Assembly: GCA_026026165.1 (NCBI GenBank)
Contig: JAPEUD010000006.1
Location: forward strand, 124,001 to 188,000
Direction: 5' to 3'
Origin: Sarea resinae
Lineage: Eukaryota
Length of the DNA stretch: 64,000 bases
Positions 50,135 through 63,240 of the stretch are shown here, piece after piece. Position 1 is the stretch's first letter, and every line of letters starts with the position of its first letter. A program made the translations under genes and the position numbers. The notes beneath the pieces were generated by a model. That model searched no databases. It was not told the origin of the DNA and saw only the letters and a program-made list of their open reading frames with translations.

Positions 50135-51397
50135 TATTTTTTTTTTCCATTCTTCTCGAACAGAGCAACAATTTTCTCTTCTCACGTTCAATATACCACC
50201 AAAAAGCAATCCTTAGAGATTTGTTGGCTCTGGCGCATAAAGGATCGTTTCGGCACCATGTGTTCTCTCTTCGACTTTTGCATTGACATGGTATGGGACT
50301 TCTAGAAGATTTCAGTCGGTCTCGGCGCATGAAAGGTGTTGTGATCTGGATATTTCTTTACTTTTTCTTCATATCTTTTCGCTTCTCCTACAATCTTTCC
50401 GCAACCCATGGAGCACGGATCATCATTTGGCATTTGGTATGTCGGCGTCGGCGTGCAAGGAGATGGGTCACCATGATAGATCGATCTACTCTACATCATC
50501 CTTTGTCTCTCTATAGGCTTGTGAGCTTGACACGGCCGCACCAAAGCTTGTCAAAGCTTGTTTATATCTCGTCACGCCCTCTTTCCCTTTTTGCAATTGC
50601 TGCTCTCATCTGAACATTGCCTCCTATCGTTCAAAGCCTCGACATGAATTGATACTAAGAATGACGCAATCATGCTTGTACATACATAGACCAGCTTAGA
50701 CCTCTGTCTAAGGTAGTTGAATGTACTGTCCTCACTCAGGCTCACAAAGAGAACATGATTCCAGGATTGTTTGACTTCTGTCCGTCCTCTGAATTCTTCC
50801 TCGCAGGTCTGTATGTCTTTCTCGGTCAGGATAGAGATTCACGATACGGAGTCACCCTGAACGAGCGAATACAAAGATCACCCTACTATACTCTATACAG
50901 CCAAACCAAATAGACCCCTAACGGCCTTGATGACAGAAACACATGTAAACAGCGAGCATGTCTGAATGTGTCTGTAAGTAAGCTACTCGGCTTCCACAAC
51001 TATTGCCACCTTCTGCCGTCGTCGCTATTATTTTACCATCGCTCCTGCTGTCATTAGCTTATCAGTGTTGGTGTTGGTGTCTGTTAGCCTCGGGATGCAC
51101 AATTCTGTTCATCTCTTCTCTTCTCTTTTGTTCTGATTCTGTCAAGAAACCTGGATATCTCTTCTTTGGTGTTGGTCTGTCTGTTACCTTTCACGGCGGC
51201 GTTTTTCTGTTTTTCTGTTTTCCTGTTTCTCTTGCATTGTGCGTGTAGGCCTGTGTGTATGCGTATGTGTATGTGTCTTTGTGTATATGTTTATGTGCCT
51301 TTGAGTCTGTAAATTCCCTTACCTGTACATGCAACGAGGGAGGGAAAGCTTGATCGGATAGATAGATGAATACTCTGTAATACTACGTACTCTGGAG

Positions 51398-51447
51398 TAG
51401 ACAGATAGGTAGACAGATAGGTAGACAGATGGACAGATGGACAGATA
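51398..51447. repeat. (GACAGATAGGTA/GACAGATG)n tandem repeat in a convergent spacer
   Basis: Read directly from sequence. Confidence 0.8.
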
Positions 51448-52051
51448 AGATCAGGTAGCTTCAATCACTTCTGTTACGGGTTCGGAAAAAGACATATATA
51501 CATACATACATGCAACGTACGTCGTGATTTCATTTTAGATTGACACGACACTCGACACGACACTCGACGCGACATACAAGGCAAGGTAAGGTGAGGTAAG
51601 ACGAGGCACGAAATAGGTAAGATGGGCAGGTAGGTGGGTAAGTAGGTATAGGCGATTTGGTATCTAACAGAGAGAGAAAAAAAGAAGCCTGCATATGCAC
51701 GACAAAAATCATAGACCTTAGGGCGGGCGGGGTTAAAAAAGGGGCGTGACTCACCCGGGGGGAAACAGGAAAACGGGAAACAGGGAAATAGGATCTCTGT
51801 ATCCTTAGAACCTCATCTCTAGAATCGCAATACGCAGTCTACCGTTTGTACCCGCGGATCCCCCCCCGAAAAGGCAACTCACATCAAACATGTCTCTAGT
51901 GATGTCCCGTCATGCACGCAAAACCAGGAAGGAAGAGACTAGAAAAGCCCCGACAAGAAAATCAAAGCAGGCTGTATGAGAACAGAGACAAACAGGGAGG
52001 CCAAGGAGTCGAGCAGGAAAGAATATTCCACCCAAGTAATGTTGTCATCAA

Positions 52052-54956
52052 TCAATGAGGTCTCGAGAGGCCTTGACGAGCCTGCATTGAATCATCGAAA
52101 TCAGCACCACCGTTCTCACTGTTCTTGTCTTTGAAAAAGCAGATACTCATCATGAAGAGCGGAGTGGGCGGGGCCACGAGAGGTGGTCGTGGTTGGGACG
52201 GTGTCAAAATAACTCACCTTCATCTGTTCAATCCTAGCCTTCAATTGACTCGTCACTTCGGCCGCCCGCTTCCAACTCTCGATTCCCTCCCCGTTAGCCC
52301 CACTCCCTGCGCTCCCTGTACGATCTCGACTGCTCTCCCGTTCGCGCCATCCGCCCCCAACAGTTGGGCTCGCTCTCCCACCGGTGCCGGAGCTAAGGCC
52401 AGCCGAAAGAGGCGGGGACAGTTTCGATCGCGACGGAGGTTCAAATCCGTTTTCTTTCTCCTCGCTCGGACTCGACACAAACGACATGCTCCCTGGTCGT
52501 CCGTGGGCGTGTCCATAGCCGCCCGAGTATCCGTTCATGCCGACGTCACGATAGATCTGCTCGCTGACGTCTGCTGGTGCTGGGCTGGTGGCTCGCACGG
52601 CACGGCTCAGTTCTCGCTTCAATCGTTCCATTTCGCGCTGTTGTTTCTGGACCGTAGCTTCAGCAGCTTCGGCGTCGCTTCGAGCGCGGACGAGCTGGGT
52701 CTCTTTGGCTTTGATGCTCAAGACATCACGAGTATGATCCTCGATCAGTTGCGCGTTTTGATTTTGCAGCTCGTGCACCTGAGAATGCAATTTCGACTTT
52801 TCATGCCGCAGATCTTCGTTTACCTGTTGCAGACGCTCCTTTTCCGCCCTGAGCTCTTCCAGTTCAGCACGTTCTACCGAGCTGAGTCCAGAAATAAGTG
52901 GTGGAGGTGTCGGCTCGGCTACAGCTGCGGCTGGCTTGCCCAAAGGTCTCCCAGCAAGTCCTCGTCCACTGAGTCCAAGTTTCGGAGCAGGAGCTGGCTC
53001 ATCGTCAACCGGAGCAGAAGCCACGGCCCGCCTGGGTGATGCTAGATGCGGTGGCGCTGCCCCGCCCGGGCCGACGAGCCTCTTTTGAAGTTTCAGACCT
53101 CCACCAGGTGTGGATAATCCAGATTTTGGCGGGCCGCCTAGCTTGGAAGGCACGCTCCTCGCTGTTGGCTTTGGCTGCAGAGGAGCCGAGGCTGGCTCTT
53201 CTGGTGGTGGGGCGGCGGCAGCTGCTGGCTTTTTCGCAACGGCAGCTTTCCTTCCAAAGACCTTTTTGGGCGCAGGCGCAGCGGCCTTCGGTGGTGGCGG
53301 TGCAGCCTTAGGCTTGTCCTTTGCCTTGACCTGTGCCGATTCAAAGTATTCCTTGATTTTAGTCTTCCGAATATCGTCTAGACCTTCGAGGAAAGGATTC
53401 ATCGCCCTCTCGCCCATGATCTTCATCAACGTCCCGAGTACCTCTGCCCCTCCGGATCTTGTAGCCTCAATTGTGTCGGTTAGAAGCTTTGTACCAGTAT
53501 CAGCTATTGACTTTGCTTCGGGTTTCGATGGTGCCTCTCTGGTGGTCTTCAGACATCTGATCAAAAACCGTAGAGACTCGAGCTTGACTTGGGGGTTCTT
53601 GTGCTTCATGAATTCCAAAATTTCTTCAAGACAGTCCGACAAACTCGTGGAGAGGAAAACGGCATCTAATGCGGACCCTAAAGCGTCCGCGACAGACTGT
53701 TTCTTCTCCTTGAGACGTTCCAACATTGGTGACAGGATTGTTGATCTGTACTTTGCAAAACTCTTGCGTAGGCCCTTGGCTAGTAATTCGACGCAATTTG
53801 CGGCGATCGTAACTACAGCGATGTTGGCATCTTTCATGCACTTGGCGAGAACTCGAATAATCTCATCGAAAGGTCCCTCTTTAATGCGAGGAACGTTGAC
53901 GACCGCGTGTAGCTCATCAAGAGCTTCCTTACGGTCTTTCCATTTTGTTGAAGCTAGTCTTTCATGAAAATCTTTCGGGACGTTTGCCATAACATCTTGT
54001 GGCTCAGCGAGATCAAATGCCTCCACCTCGCCACCCTCTTCTTCGCCTTCAGCATCATCACCACCGTCGGGTTCTCCAGCCGCTTCGGCGGCTGCCATGG
54101 CAGCTTGCTGAGATCGAGTGAATTTTTCCTGCTTTGGAGGATCCTCTGCTTTGGCCTTTTCAAATAGCGCCTCGAGGTCCGACTGCTGCACTGGCTTTAA
54201 GTCGCCCCAAAACACTGCTTTAATGGCTTCCCTCAGCCAACGATACAGCTCCACGGTCAGGTTCTGAGCCTCAGCTCTCACATTCTTGTCTGCATGTCCG
54301 AACACCTTAGGTAAGGCTTTGAGAACAGGCTTGGGATCAACTGTCTTGCAGCCATAGGCGTGATATATTGATGTTAGAGCCGATAAGGTCGCGGCGATGA
54401 TCTTGGGCTGTTTGTGAGATAGCGCTGGGATGAGCTCTTCTATGACAGGTTCCGACTTGTCGAGTTCAATGTATAAGAGGAGAGCTTCGAGTGACTTTTG
54501 TTTCGCAACCGGTTTGCTCGAGGAAAGGCCTTTCTCGACTATGGGAGTAATGGTAAGATTCCGAGTTCTGAGGCATAAATTAGTTGGCTTTACTTAAGCT
54601 CAAGGAAGCATAGAACCTGAGAGCATACCTTGTACAAGCTTGAACTCCGCCGTACTGTAGGAAGGCACATAAAGCTGTGATACCATCCTGCTGTGCCGCT
54701 ACATTCGAATCCGCCACTGCGCCTTTCCAAAGATTTGGGTCCTGCAGGAATGGTTTGAAGGCCGGATGGGCCTCGTCTGGTGTTTGCGCAAATTCTTTGG
54801 CTGCATCTTCGTATGCTTGCTTTCGAACTTTCCAGATCTAAAGCCCTCGAAACGTTAGATGCTGGAAAGACTCAAACGCAAGTAAAAGAAGCCCACCTTG
54901 TGTGTGAACCGATCGGTCAACGGTAGTGAACTGAACTCCTCGACTGGATCCGCCAT
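52052..54956 (-). CDS. STU2: XMAP215/Dis1-family microtubule polymerase (Stu2/Alp14); exons 54956-54897, 54837-54629, 54567-52218, 52081-52052
   Basis: Two TOG domains (HK|IWKVRK; STKWKDRKEAL; CMKDANIAVV; ERLKEKK), basic linker, coiled coil, SWKRAAEVTSQLKARIEQMK|ARQ tail. Confidence 0.93.
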
Positions 54957-55958
54957 CTTCGTAAATATCTGACGACCAAAACCTCGTGGATCAAGTTTCT
55001 CTGGAAAGATGCTGGTCAGCAAATGCGAGCGAGCAGGCGATTGAGAAGGCATGTCCTGGTGTTTCTAGGACGTGCCATCACCGTGCGGTCTGAAGCATAT
55101 TCACGCCAAGTTGCCGTAAATGAGGTGAAGACCGAGTGTGGCCAGAAAGGAATCAGAACACGCATAGCACTCACATAGGTCTATAAATTTGTGTTTGTCT
55201 TTTGGGTTCGAGCAAGTGCTTTGGAGGGGGGTAGCGAGTTCCCACCGGGAATGTCGATGTTGCGTCGCCGGATGCTGTTGGACAAAGGACGATGTAGCGC
55301 AAGCAAGGAGGTAGCGATGCGAGTTCGTGATGATGGTCGTAAGTACTGTCGTAAAGGCGACGAGGGCGAGCTCGGTGAGGTCAGGTAGGAAGGGTCAGTG
55401 AGGTGACGATGCTTGCCCGGATTGATGTTGACGATGATGTTGATGATTTGATGAATGTACGAGGTACGCAGGACTGCGTCGACTGGGGACGAGTACTTCC
55501 TCCAGCGTCAACAACGACAACAGGCGAGGCGCACGAAGTACCCTTTGTATGTGACTCTGTATGTACGAATACTCCAGAGTACTTGCACTTGGTCATAGCG
55601 AACGTTGTTGTCCCTGGAGATACCCCTGTGCGCCTGTCACGTCCCCTCGGTCCATACATTTCCCATCTTGTCTCGTCTCGTCTCGTCTCGCTTGTGCACG
55701 GCGACTTCTCCCCCACCATCAACAACAAGAAGACGCCACAAGACGAGTCCGAACGGGCCAGAACAGGACTGGACGCACGACAATAGACGGGTCCTGTAGA
55801 GTCGATAACTCAGTGGACTGACCCCATTGACCTGCCCAGCTTATCGCATACTCAGCCACAACCACGATCAACCCCGTGGGGTAAAGCTGCGGGGCGGTTC
55901 GAGATCGCGACGGAGAGAGGGCTACAGTGGCCCTGATGAATGGGCACGCTTGGTCACC

Positions 55959-57487
55959 ATGAGCCAAATTCTGACGCCGCGGCAAGCGCAGGAGCTGTAC
56001 GTTCAAAGCGAAACAGGCCTCGGCCGAGGCACGTCAAGATACTGAACGTGTGCTGCAGCCACAAGTCCATCATCGCCTATCTCAACTCGAATAACCTGGG
56101 AAGGAGCGCCGCAGCGTTACGAGAGGAGCTGAGCATAGGTGATAGCTTCGATGACGCCACGAGCAAGAAGTATGAAGGCCTGCTGGAAAAGAAGTGGACC
56201 AGCGTGGTCAGATTGCAAAAGAAGGTACAGTGTGCGCCATCACAACGATATACTATCATCAGTCCCGCTCACCGAATACCTGTACTCTAGATCATGGAAC
56301 TAGAGTCCCGCAGCGCCAATCTCCAAAAAGAACTCGATTCTGCGACACCTACCTCTCTCTCTCGTCGAAATCAAGACCCCTCGACGTGGCTGCCACGATC
56401 ACCAGCTCGTCACACTCTTCAATCCCACCGTCTTCCAATAACCTGCGTCGCCTTCCATCCTATCTTCTCCTCCCTCGCATCCGGATCAGAAGATACGACA
56501 ATTAAGATATGGGATTGGGAGCTCGGCGAGCTCGAACGTACAGTCAAAGGACACACCAAAGCCGTTTTGGACGTTGATTTCGGTGGCCCTCGCGGCGGCA
56601 CGCTATTAGCCTCCTGCTCCAGCGACCTGACCATCAAACTTTGGGACCCAAGCGACGAATACAAGAATATCCGAACCCTCCCAGGTCACGATCACTCGGT
56701 CTCTGCCGTACGTTTCATCCCCAGTGGTGCGGCCGGCCTACCATCTTCAGGGAATCTCCTAGTTTCAGCCTCACGCGACAAGACCCTGCGCATCTGGGAT
56801 GTATCAACCGGCTATTGCGTCAAAACCCTTCGGGGTCACGCAGACTGGGTTCGCGACGTCTCGCCAAGCCACGATGGCCGCTGGCTCCTCTCCGCCGGCA
56901 ACGACCAAATGGCCCGAATGTGGGACGCTGGCTCGGGCGAAACCAAATCCACCTTCCTCGGCCACGAACACGTCATTGAATGCTGCGTCTTTGCACCTCC
57001 GGCGGCCTACCCTCATCTAGCTTCCCTTGCGGGGCTCAAGAAAGCGCCACCGTCCAGCAGCTCCGCCGAGTTTATCGCAACGGGCTCGCGTGACCGCAGT
57101 GTCAAGCTCTGGGACTCGCGCGGCACTCTCATCAAGACATTGGTAGGACATGACAATTGGGTCCGTGGCCTCGTATTCCACCCCGGTGGCAAATATTTGC
57201 TTTCTGTTGGCGACGACAAGACGTTACGCTGCTGGGACCTGGCGCAAGAGGGCAAATGCGTCAAGACGATTGATGATGCGCACGGGCACTTCGTGAGCTG
57301 CATCCGCTGGGCACCAAGCGTCATAAAGGATGCGGGACTGCCGACGAATGGCGACACGAATGGGACGGGGTCTCCGGTAGTGAACGGAGCAGCGAAGAAG
57401 GAGGACCAGGGTGGCGGCAGTGGGAACATTCGATGTGTCATTGCGACTGGGAGTGTGGATTTGAACGTCCGGGTTTTCGCTTCATGA
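55959..57487 (+). CDS. nudF: LIS1/Pac1/NudF dynein regulator; exons 55959-55996, 56059-56224, 56291-57487
   Basis: [21 protein letters not shown] Lis[23 protein letters not shown]40 repeats. Confidence 0.97.
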
Positions 57488-58285
57488 TGGTGCATGCTTG
57501 CTTGAGCTGCTTTCGGATTCCTTTTCTTCTCCTCTTCTATCACTGAAAATCCCCCTTCGCCTTTTTCTTCTTCTTCTCGTGGTCAGAGCTATCTCCTCTT
57601 GTTGGAGGAAGAGAAAGTCCTGTTTGGGGTTTTCACCTTATGATCCGAATCTAGATGTCCATTTTTTCTTCCCCCTTCCTTTTCACCTGGCCTCAGATGT
57701 CAGGCGCATCACCTGCGCCCCCTCCCGCAATCTTGCACGAAAGGGAAAAAAGGAAACTTTGACCCATCTATGCCCCTTCCCCTTTTATCTCCACGACCGC
57801 TCATTCCCGTCCCTGTTCTCGCCCTCCCTCCCGCACGCCCTTCCATCCCTTGTCATTTCCCCCCCTTGGCGCAAGAAAGGCGTTTCCCGCTCTCCCGAGC
57901 CACTTCATCCCATCCCATCCATCCATCCATCTGGTCGGGCTTCCGTTTCCCGTCTTGCCCCCGTGGCTTGGCTACGCTTTTGCATACCTTGCGCGGGCTT
58001 GATTGAGCAGAAGGGGGAATACCGGCCTTTTCTGCTTACTTTAGTACTCATTCACCTGTTTGTTACCTACCTACCAATACTTTGAGACAATAGGAAAGTG
58101 ACAATTGATGAGTGAGATGAGATGAGGGTTTTGGTGGCACTCATATGTGCGTGTGCGTGTGCGTTGCTGTGCTAGACTCTGCTGGGCATCTATGCTACTT
58201 TGGGAGGGTTTTCTGGATGTGACACTTTCTGATGTGCATGTCCGTATATATCTATCTATATGCATATCTACACACACAGGATAAA

Positions 58286-60124
58286 TCACCCTCCCTGCCC
58301 CTTGCCCCAGATATCCTTCCAGAACTCCCTGAACCCATAATTCGGTTTGCGGCTATCAAAGACCCTGGCCTTGTCGCCGGCGCCAAACCGCTCCAGCACC
58401 GCAGCGCCCGGCACACGGGGCGTGAGATCGACATTGGCGTTCTTGGGCGCGCGCGCGCGCGCCAGAATCTCGGGGGCCAGCTGGGGCGCGACGTCGGCGT
58501 AGCAGGCGAGCAGCTCGCGCTCGAGGCGGAAATAGGGCTTTTTGGCTAGGTCGGGCGCCATCAGGTTGTAGGACCGGGTGAGGTTGTTGAGGGTGGTGAT
58601 GGAGAGGGCGTGGTAGGCGGATTCGGTGGCTAGCCAGGTGGGGTCGCGAAAGGGGGGCCGGGGGGGTGGTGGTGGTGGTGAGGAGGGGGAGGGAGGTGGG
58701 GATGGTGGGGAGTTTGTGGGCGTGGAGATGGTGGCCGAGGTAACATGGATCTCGGTCGTGGGCTCTTTGTTCTCTGAAGGTGGGGATGAGGTTGAGGTTG
58801 AGCTTGATGTTGAGGATGACGTTGAGGTTGAGGATGGTGATGATGGCGAAAGCGTGGGCTGGTCTGACGAGGAAGTCGGCTTCTCGAGGATGACGAGCTT
58901 CGACAGTCGACCTTCTTCGTCGATGGCGTTCATGGCTTCGACTTTCGGCCTGGTCGGATTCTCGCGCGCCTCCGCCCTGGCGTATTCCTCGGCCCTCTTC
59001 AGCTGCGACTCCAATGAGCCCCCCTCACTTGCGATCAGCCGCACGGCGTGCCGTTTCCAATCATTGCGCAAGCGACTGCGAAACACGTTCGCTGCCTTGA
59101 CGAGCTCCTGCTGCTTCTCGATCCACGGCGGCACAATCTCTTGTTTCTGTATGATCTTGTTCATAAAATATTCCGTCGTATCCAGAAAGGGGCTGCTGGC
59201 GTTGTAGTCCCTCTCGATGGCCTTGCCGCGGGGCAGGTTCTTGAACTGTCCCCGCGCAATGGCGTCCTCGATGCGTTCGTTGGCGAGGGAGGCGAGGCCC
59301 TGGACAGAGGTGGGCATGGGCCGCGCACCCGGGGTAAAGCGCTCTTTGAGCTCTTTGCGCATCTGCTCGCGCTCCTTTTCCGACATGTTGGGGTCTTTCA
59401 GCATCGTGTATGTCGAGGACCGTTCTCGCGCATTTACGATCCGGTGGCCGGCTGATTTTGCGGGAGCCTTGCGCTTGACGGGTGGCGGCGGGATCCCTCG
59501 CGGGGTGGGGATCTTGGCTGGCCCACCGCCTCGCAGTGGTTTATGTGCATCCGTGAGCATTCGTAGGGCGGCGTCTTCGAGGGCTTCGGTCCCGGTCCAG
59601 GGTTGAGCTGCTGCGATGTCTCGTGTGCCTTTGCCGGCGCTTGACTGTGGGAAGAAATGGTCAGCTTAGTGGTCCAAGACCGTGGCTGTGGAATTGCCGC
59701 ATTCTCTTTGACGTACAGGCATGTTGATTTGTGCAAACGCACTGGCATTTTCACTCCTGAAATTGCCAGCTTGGATCTTCTCCTCCAATTTCCTCTTGAG
59801 CTCCTCTGAGAAGCCCGCGTCTTCGACAGCCCTTCTACCGCCTCTGCCACCTTCGGCGATCGAGTCGTCTGTCATCTCAGACAGCCTTCTCGACATTGCC
59901 CCCTCTTCCTCCTCCTTTTCTGCTGTCTTTGGAGCATCTCGATCGTTGGAGTCGCCGGACTTTCCATGTTGACGCCTGACGACTGTCTGGGCGAGTGGCG
60001 AATTTACACGACGGCGAAATGATTGCCCGCCATATTGTGTGGACAGGAGATTCCCATTGCACAGCCGGCGAACTCGCAGGCAGCGAGCGCAGACGGATGA
60101 GGCGGGCTCTTGAACCGCCGGCAT
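58286..60124 (-). CDS. DUF1992/DNAJC28-conserved-domain protein, probably mitochondrial; exons 60124-59717, 59644-58286
   Basis: LANERIEDAIARGQFKNLPRGK, FMNKIIQKQEIVPPWIEKQ, YNLMAP motifs; Arg-rich presequence-like N-terminus (VCARCLRVRR). Confidence 0.85.
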
Positions 60125-61020
60125 ACGGTTCGGAGTGGGCGATTGAAGGATTGTGGTGCACCCTTGAAGGCGAAACTCGTCGATAAGGTAGGTAGGTATG
60201 ATATCGTCAACACTCGATGTATCGCCCATGCTGACGTAAAGAGATGCATCTCGGGTTTTTGGTACAGTGGAGGTACTGTCTCTACCTCGGAGCCATCTAT
60301 CCACCACCAAATCGGTCATTCAACGAATTACCTACTAAACCGTGGTATGCGATGCAATCAGAGCCTCACCCTCACCACCACCACCACCAAATAGCCAGTG
60401 CCTGAACATAGAGTGCAAATGACCCGTCGTCCTGCCAAGTATCATTTTGAAGGCTTCTCGTCTTTTGTCTGTATGCCTGCGTTGCTTTGCCGCATTCTGC
60501 TCTGACATTCATGATGCGCCTCTTCCCACCATGCACGACGATGCATGGAACTGTGGATTGGTGGATTGGTGGATTGGTGGATCTGTCGATGTCCGATTTC
60601 CTGGTTGCACGCCAGCTGGATTGGACGTGATGCTCCCGTTGGATCCATGCCATTGACGTTGGCGATGACTAATGCTGCAGATTGCGGCTGAGTTCAACTC
60701 AATTGCTGCCTACGACTCGACTGCGGACGAGTATCAATGTATTCGCACCTGACGTGACCACTTGACGGCCCTGAGAGGGCAATCAATGCTTTGTTTTGAC
60801 TTGCCTTTTCTTGCCTTGCCTTCTTGATTGATGCCACCTTTCTTGGGAGCTCACCTTGTTTTCAGCTAATCGAAATGCCATGGACTGCATCTCTCATTCT
60901 TCCCACGCTCACCGAACCTCTTGGCTAGCTTGATGCCTAGCGGTCAATGCTACGTCTCAAGTGCGGAGAGTTGACAGAGATGAGACGAGTCTCCTCGCAG
61001 TAGAGATTGTCATCTTGGAC

Positions 61021-63240
61021 ATGTTACCGGCATGGACTCGAGAGGCGACGCCCTCGATCCGATCGAGTGCTAGTCGAGCCTCTAGCATTATATCGACTCA
61101 CACAAAGACGAGTATCAATACGCTTCAGGACCCCGGATCAGATGTCATTGAGGTTCCCGTTGGACATCTGTTGTATCGCCTTCGTGCCGATGGCCACATC
61201 CTTTCCGTCCTGTATGATCCTCCTCCACCACCGTTCGAGCCAGGCACCTTCGGCCTTGGTGAGGAGCCTCCCGAAGCCGCCATCAGCGGTCCTGGTCCAG
61301 AGAGCATATCAGTAGTACCACCCGTGACTCCTCTCGATTCTCCAGATCGTGGCTACAGCTCGAGAGAAGTCGGCCAACTCACATCCTCTCCCCCTGGCGT
61401 TTCTCGCACACCATCATTCACACCTGGAAACGACAGCATATCTGTCGATCGGCGACGTGCGTCAACATCCTCAGGTGATGTCTCACAGGCTAATACTCCT
61501 GAGACGGAGCCCTCGTGTGGGATCTCGGAAATGAAATTACGCCGCCGCAACGGCGTGAAGTTGAAACTAGTAACGAGGTCGGGCGGAAGACTGTCTTCTG
61601 GCACAAGTCCAGCCAGCTCAGCACAAACTCCTAGCTCGTCATTGTCACCGTCAGGGCACCCTCTATCCCACCAAAGGTTATCACCAGGGCTACATGATCA
61701 AGAGCCTGGTTCCCCCGCATTTATTGGCAGAGGGGCAACCGGGACTTTCCCTTCTCCCATCGGCAAAGGCAGTATCGAGCCTCTCGGGATTAACAGCATC
61801 ACTGCGTTCTCCAGTCCCTTTAACCCGCGGGATTTGGAGAACGATGCGGACGGCCTTGGCGAACAGCCCAACGAACTAGATATTGCAGACGTGCTCTCGT
61901 CAGCAAAACAACAAGGCAAGGAGGGCTATTCCACCCCACGCACAGATAACGAAACAGAGATTGCGAATCACTATCGTGAACTCGTTCGTATCCTGGACGA
62001 GAAACACAATCGAGAAATCGAAGCGAGAGATCATGAAATAGCAGAAACCAGGGGCATGATGCGTGCTCTAACCAAAGAGGCCTTTGAATTGAAGATGAAG
62101 TCGGCGGGTGCAGATGCCGAACGCAGCAGGAACAAGAAATGTAGCGAAGAAGTTGCTAGAATGAAACGCGTCCTTACTGAAAACAAGAAGATGATCAATG
62201 CCCTATCAGAAGAGAATATCGAACTCAAGGAGAGGCTCGAAAAGACAGAAGGTGGAGTCAAAGCCAACAGTCCCTCGACTGCCAAACACGTGGATAATAC
62301 CGAAACCGCGCCCTTAAAACATATGCCTCGCACGACACTGGGTTCAGCGAGAGGTATGGCAATCCGAAGTGAAGAGCAAGCTTCAAAGCAAGACCCCCCG
62401 CTTCCGCCACTCAAGCGATCCCACATTCGGACATTGAAGAATTCCATGAAACGACGGGCTGAGAAGCTCAAAAATCGTGGTAGTGCGCCAGACTCCCACG
62501 ACACCTCTGTCACGGGCTTTCCACTACCAGAATACCATCGGCCAGTCAACGTGGAAAACGCTGAAAGCCACTTCAGTAAAGGGAATCAGCCCAATGTTGC
62601 TCAATTCCCCGCTCGTTCTGATTTAGACAGTTGGGATGAAGCCATGCTCCAAAACGAGACGCACTGGTACACCCATCAGCTCGTGTCTAATCTCGAGCGC
62701 GCGAGTAATCTTTTGGACCAACGCCGCCGAGCCTGGCGCCGAGTTTTCCTAAGATTCGAGCGTACAATGAGATCTCTCCTACAACAAGATGACGGAGATT
62801 GGCGCCGCGATCTCACCTCACTAGCCATCAGGATGAATCGAATCTCGGCACAGGAGGTTTTCGGCGACCAGCTGCGCATAACCGAGATCGTGGACGCAGA
62901 CAGAGAAGTCGAGAGGAAGTTTCGAGAGCGATGGGGGACGCGTGCCGAGCAGGTTGGGATCATTGTGCAGATGCGGCTGTCCTTGTTTGGAAGGTTACTC
63001 GCGACTCAGATTAGCGATCACGACGACGATGAGCATGACCACGAAGACGAATCAATGAGCCTCGACATCTCGAAGCCTCGTCCAGGTAAATTCTCCAGTG
63101 CTGAGGAGTTTATCGTGAAAGATACGCACCACAGCTAATCCCCTGCAGCCCAGCCACATGCTGCCTCCAAACTAGAGGACAACACCAGCGATGACACTAC
63201 AGCAATTGAAACCTGGAATAGGATCTTAGCTCCACCGTAG
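61021..63240 (+). CDS. Hypothetical Ser/Pro-rich coiled-coil protein; exons 61021-63085, 63149-63240 (possibly longer, see findings)
   Basis: About 690-codon first exon; intron GTAAAT(63086)..GCTAAT..CAG(63148) removes the TAA at 63136 and continues the frame to TAG 63238-63240. Confidence 0.7.

Noticed and set aside
52125..53967. 304-aa and 285-aa plus-strand ORFs
   Set aside because: Antisense shadows of STU2.
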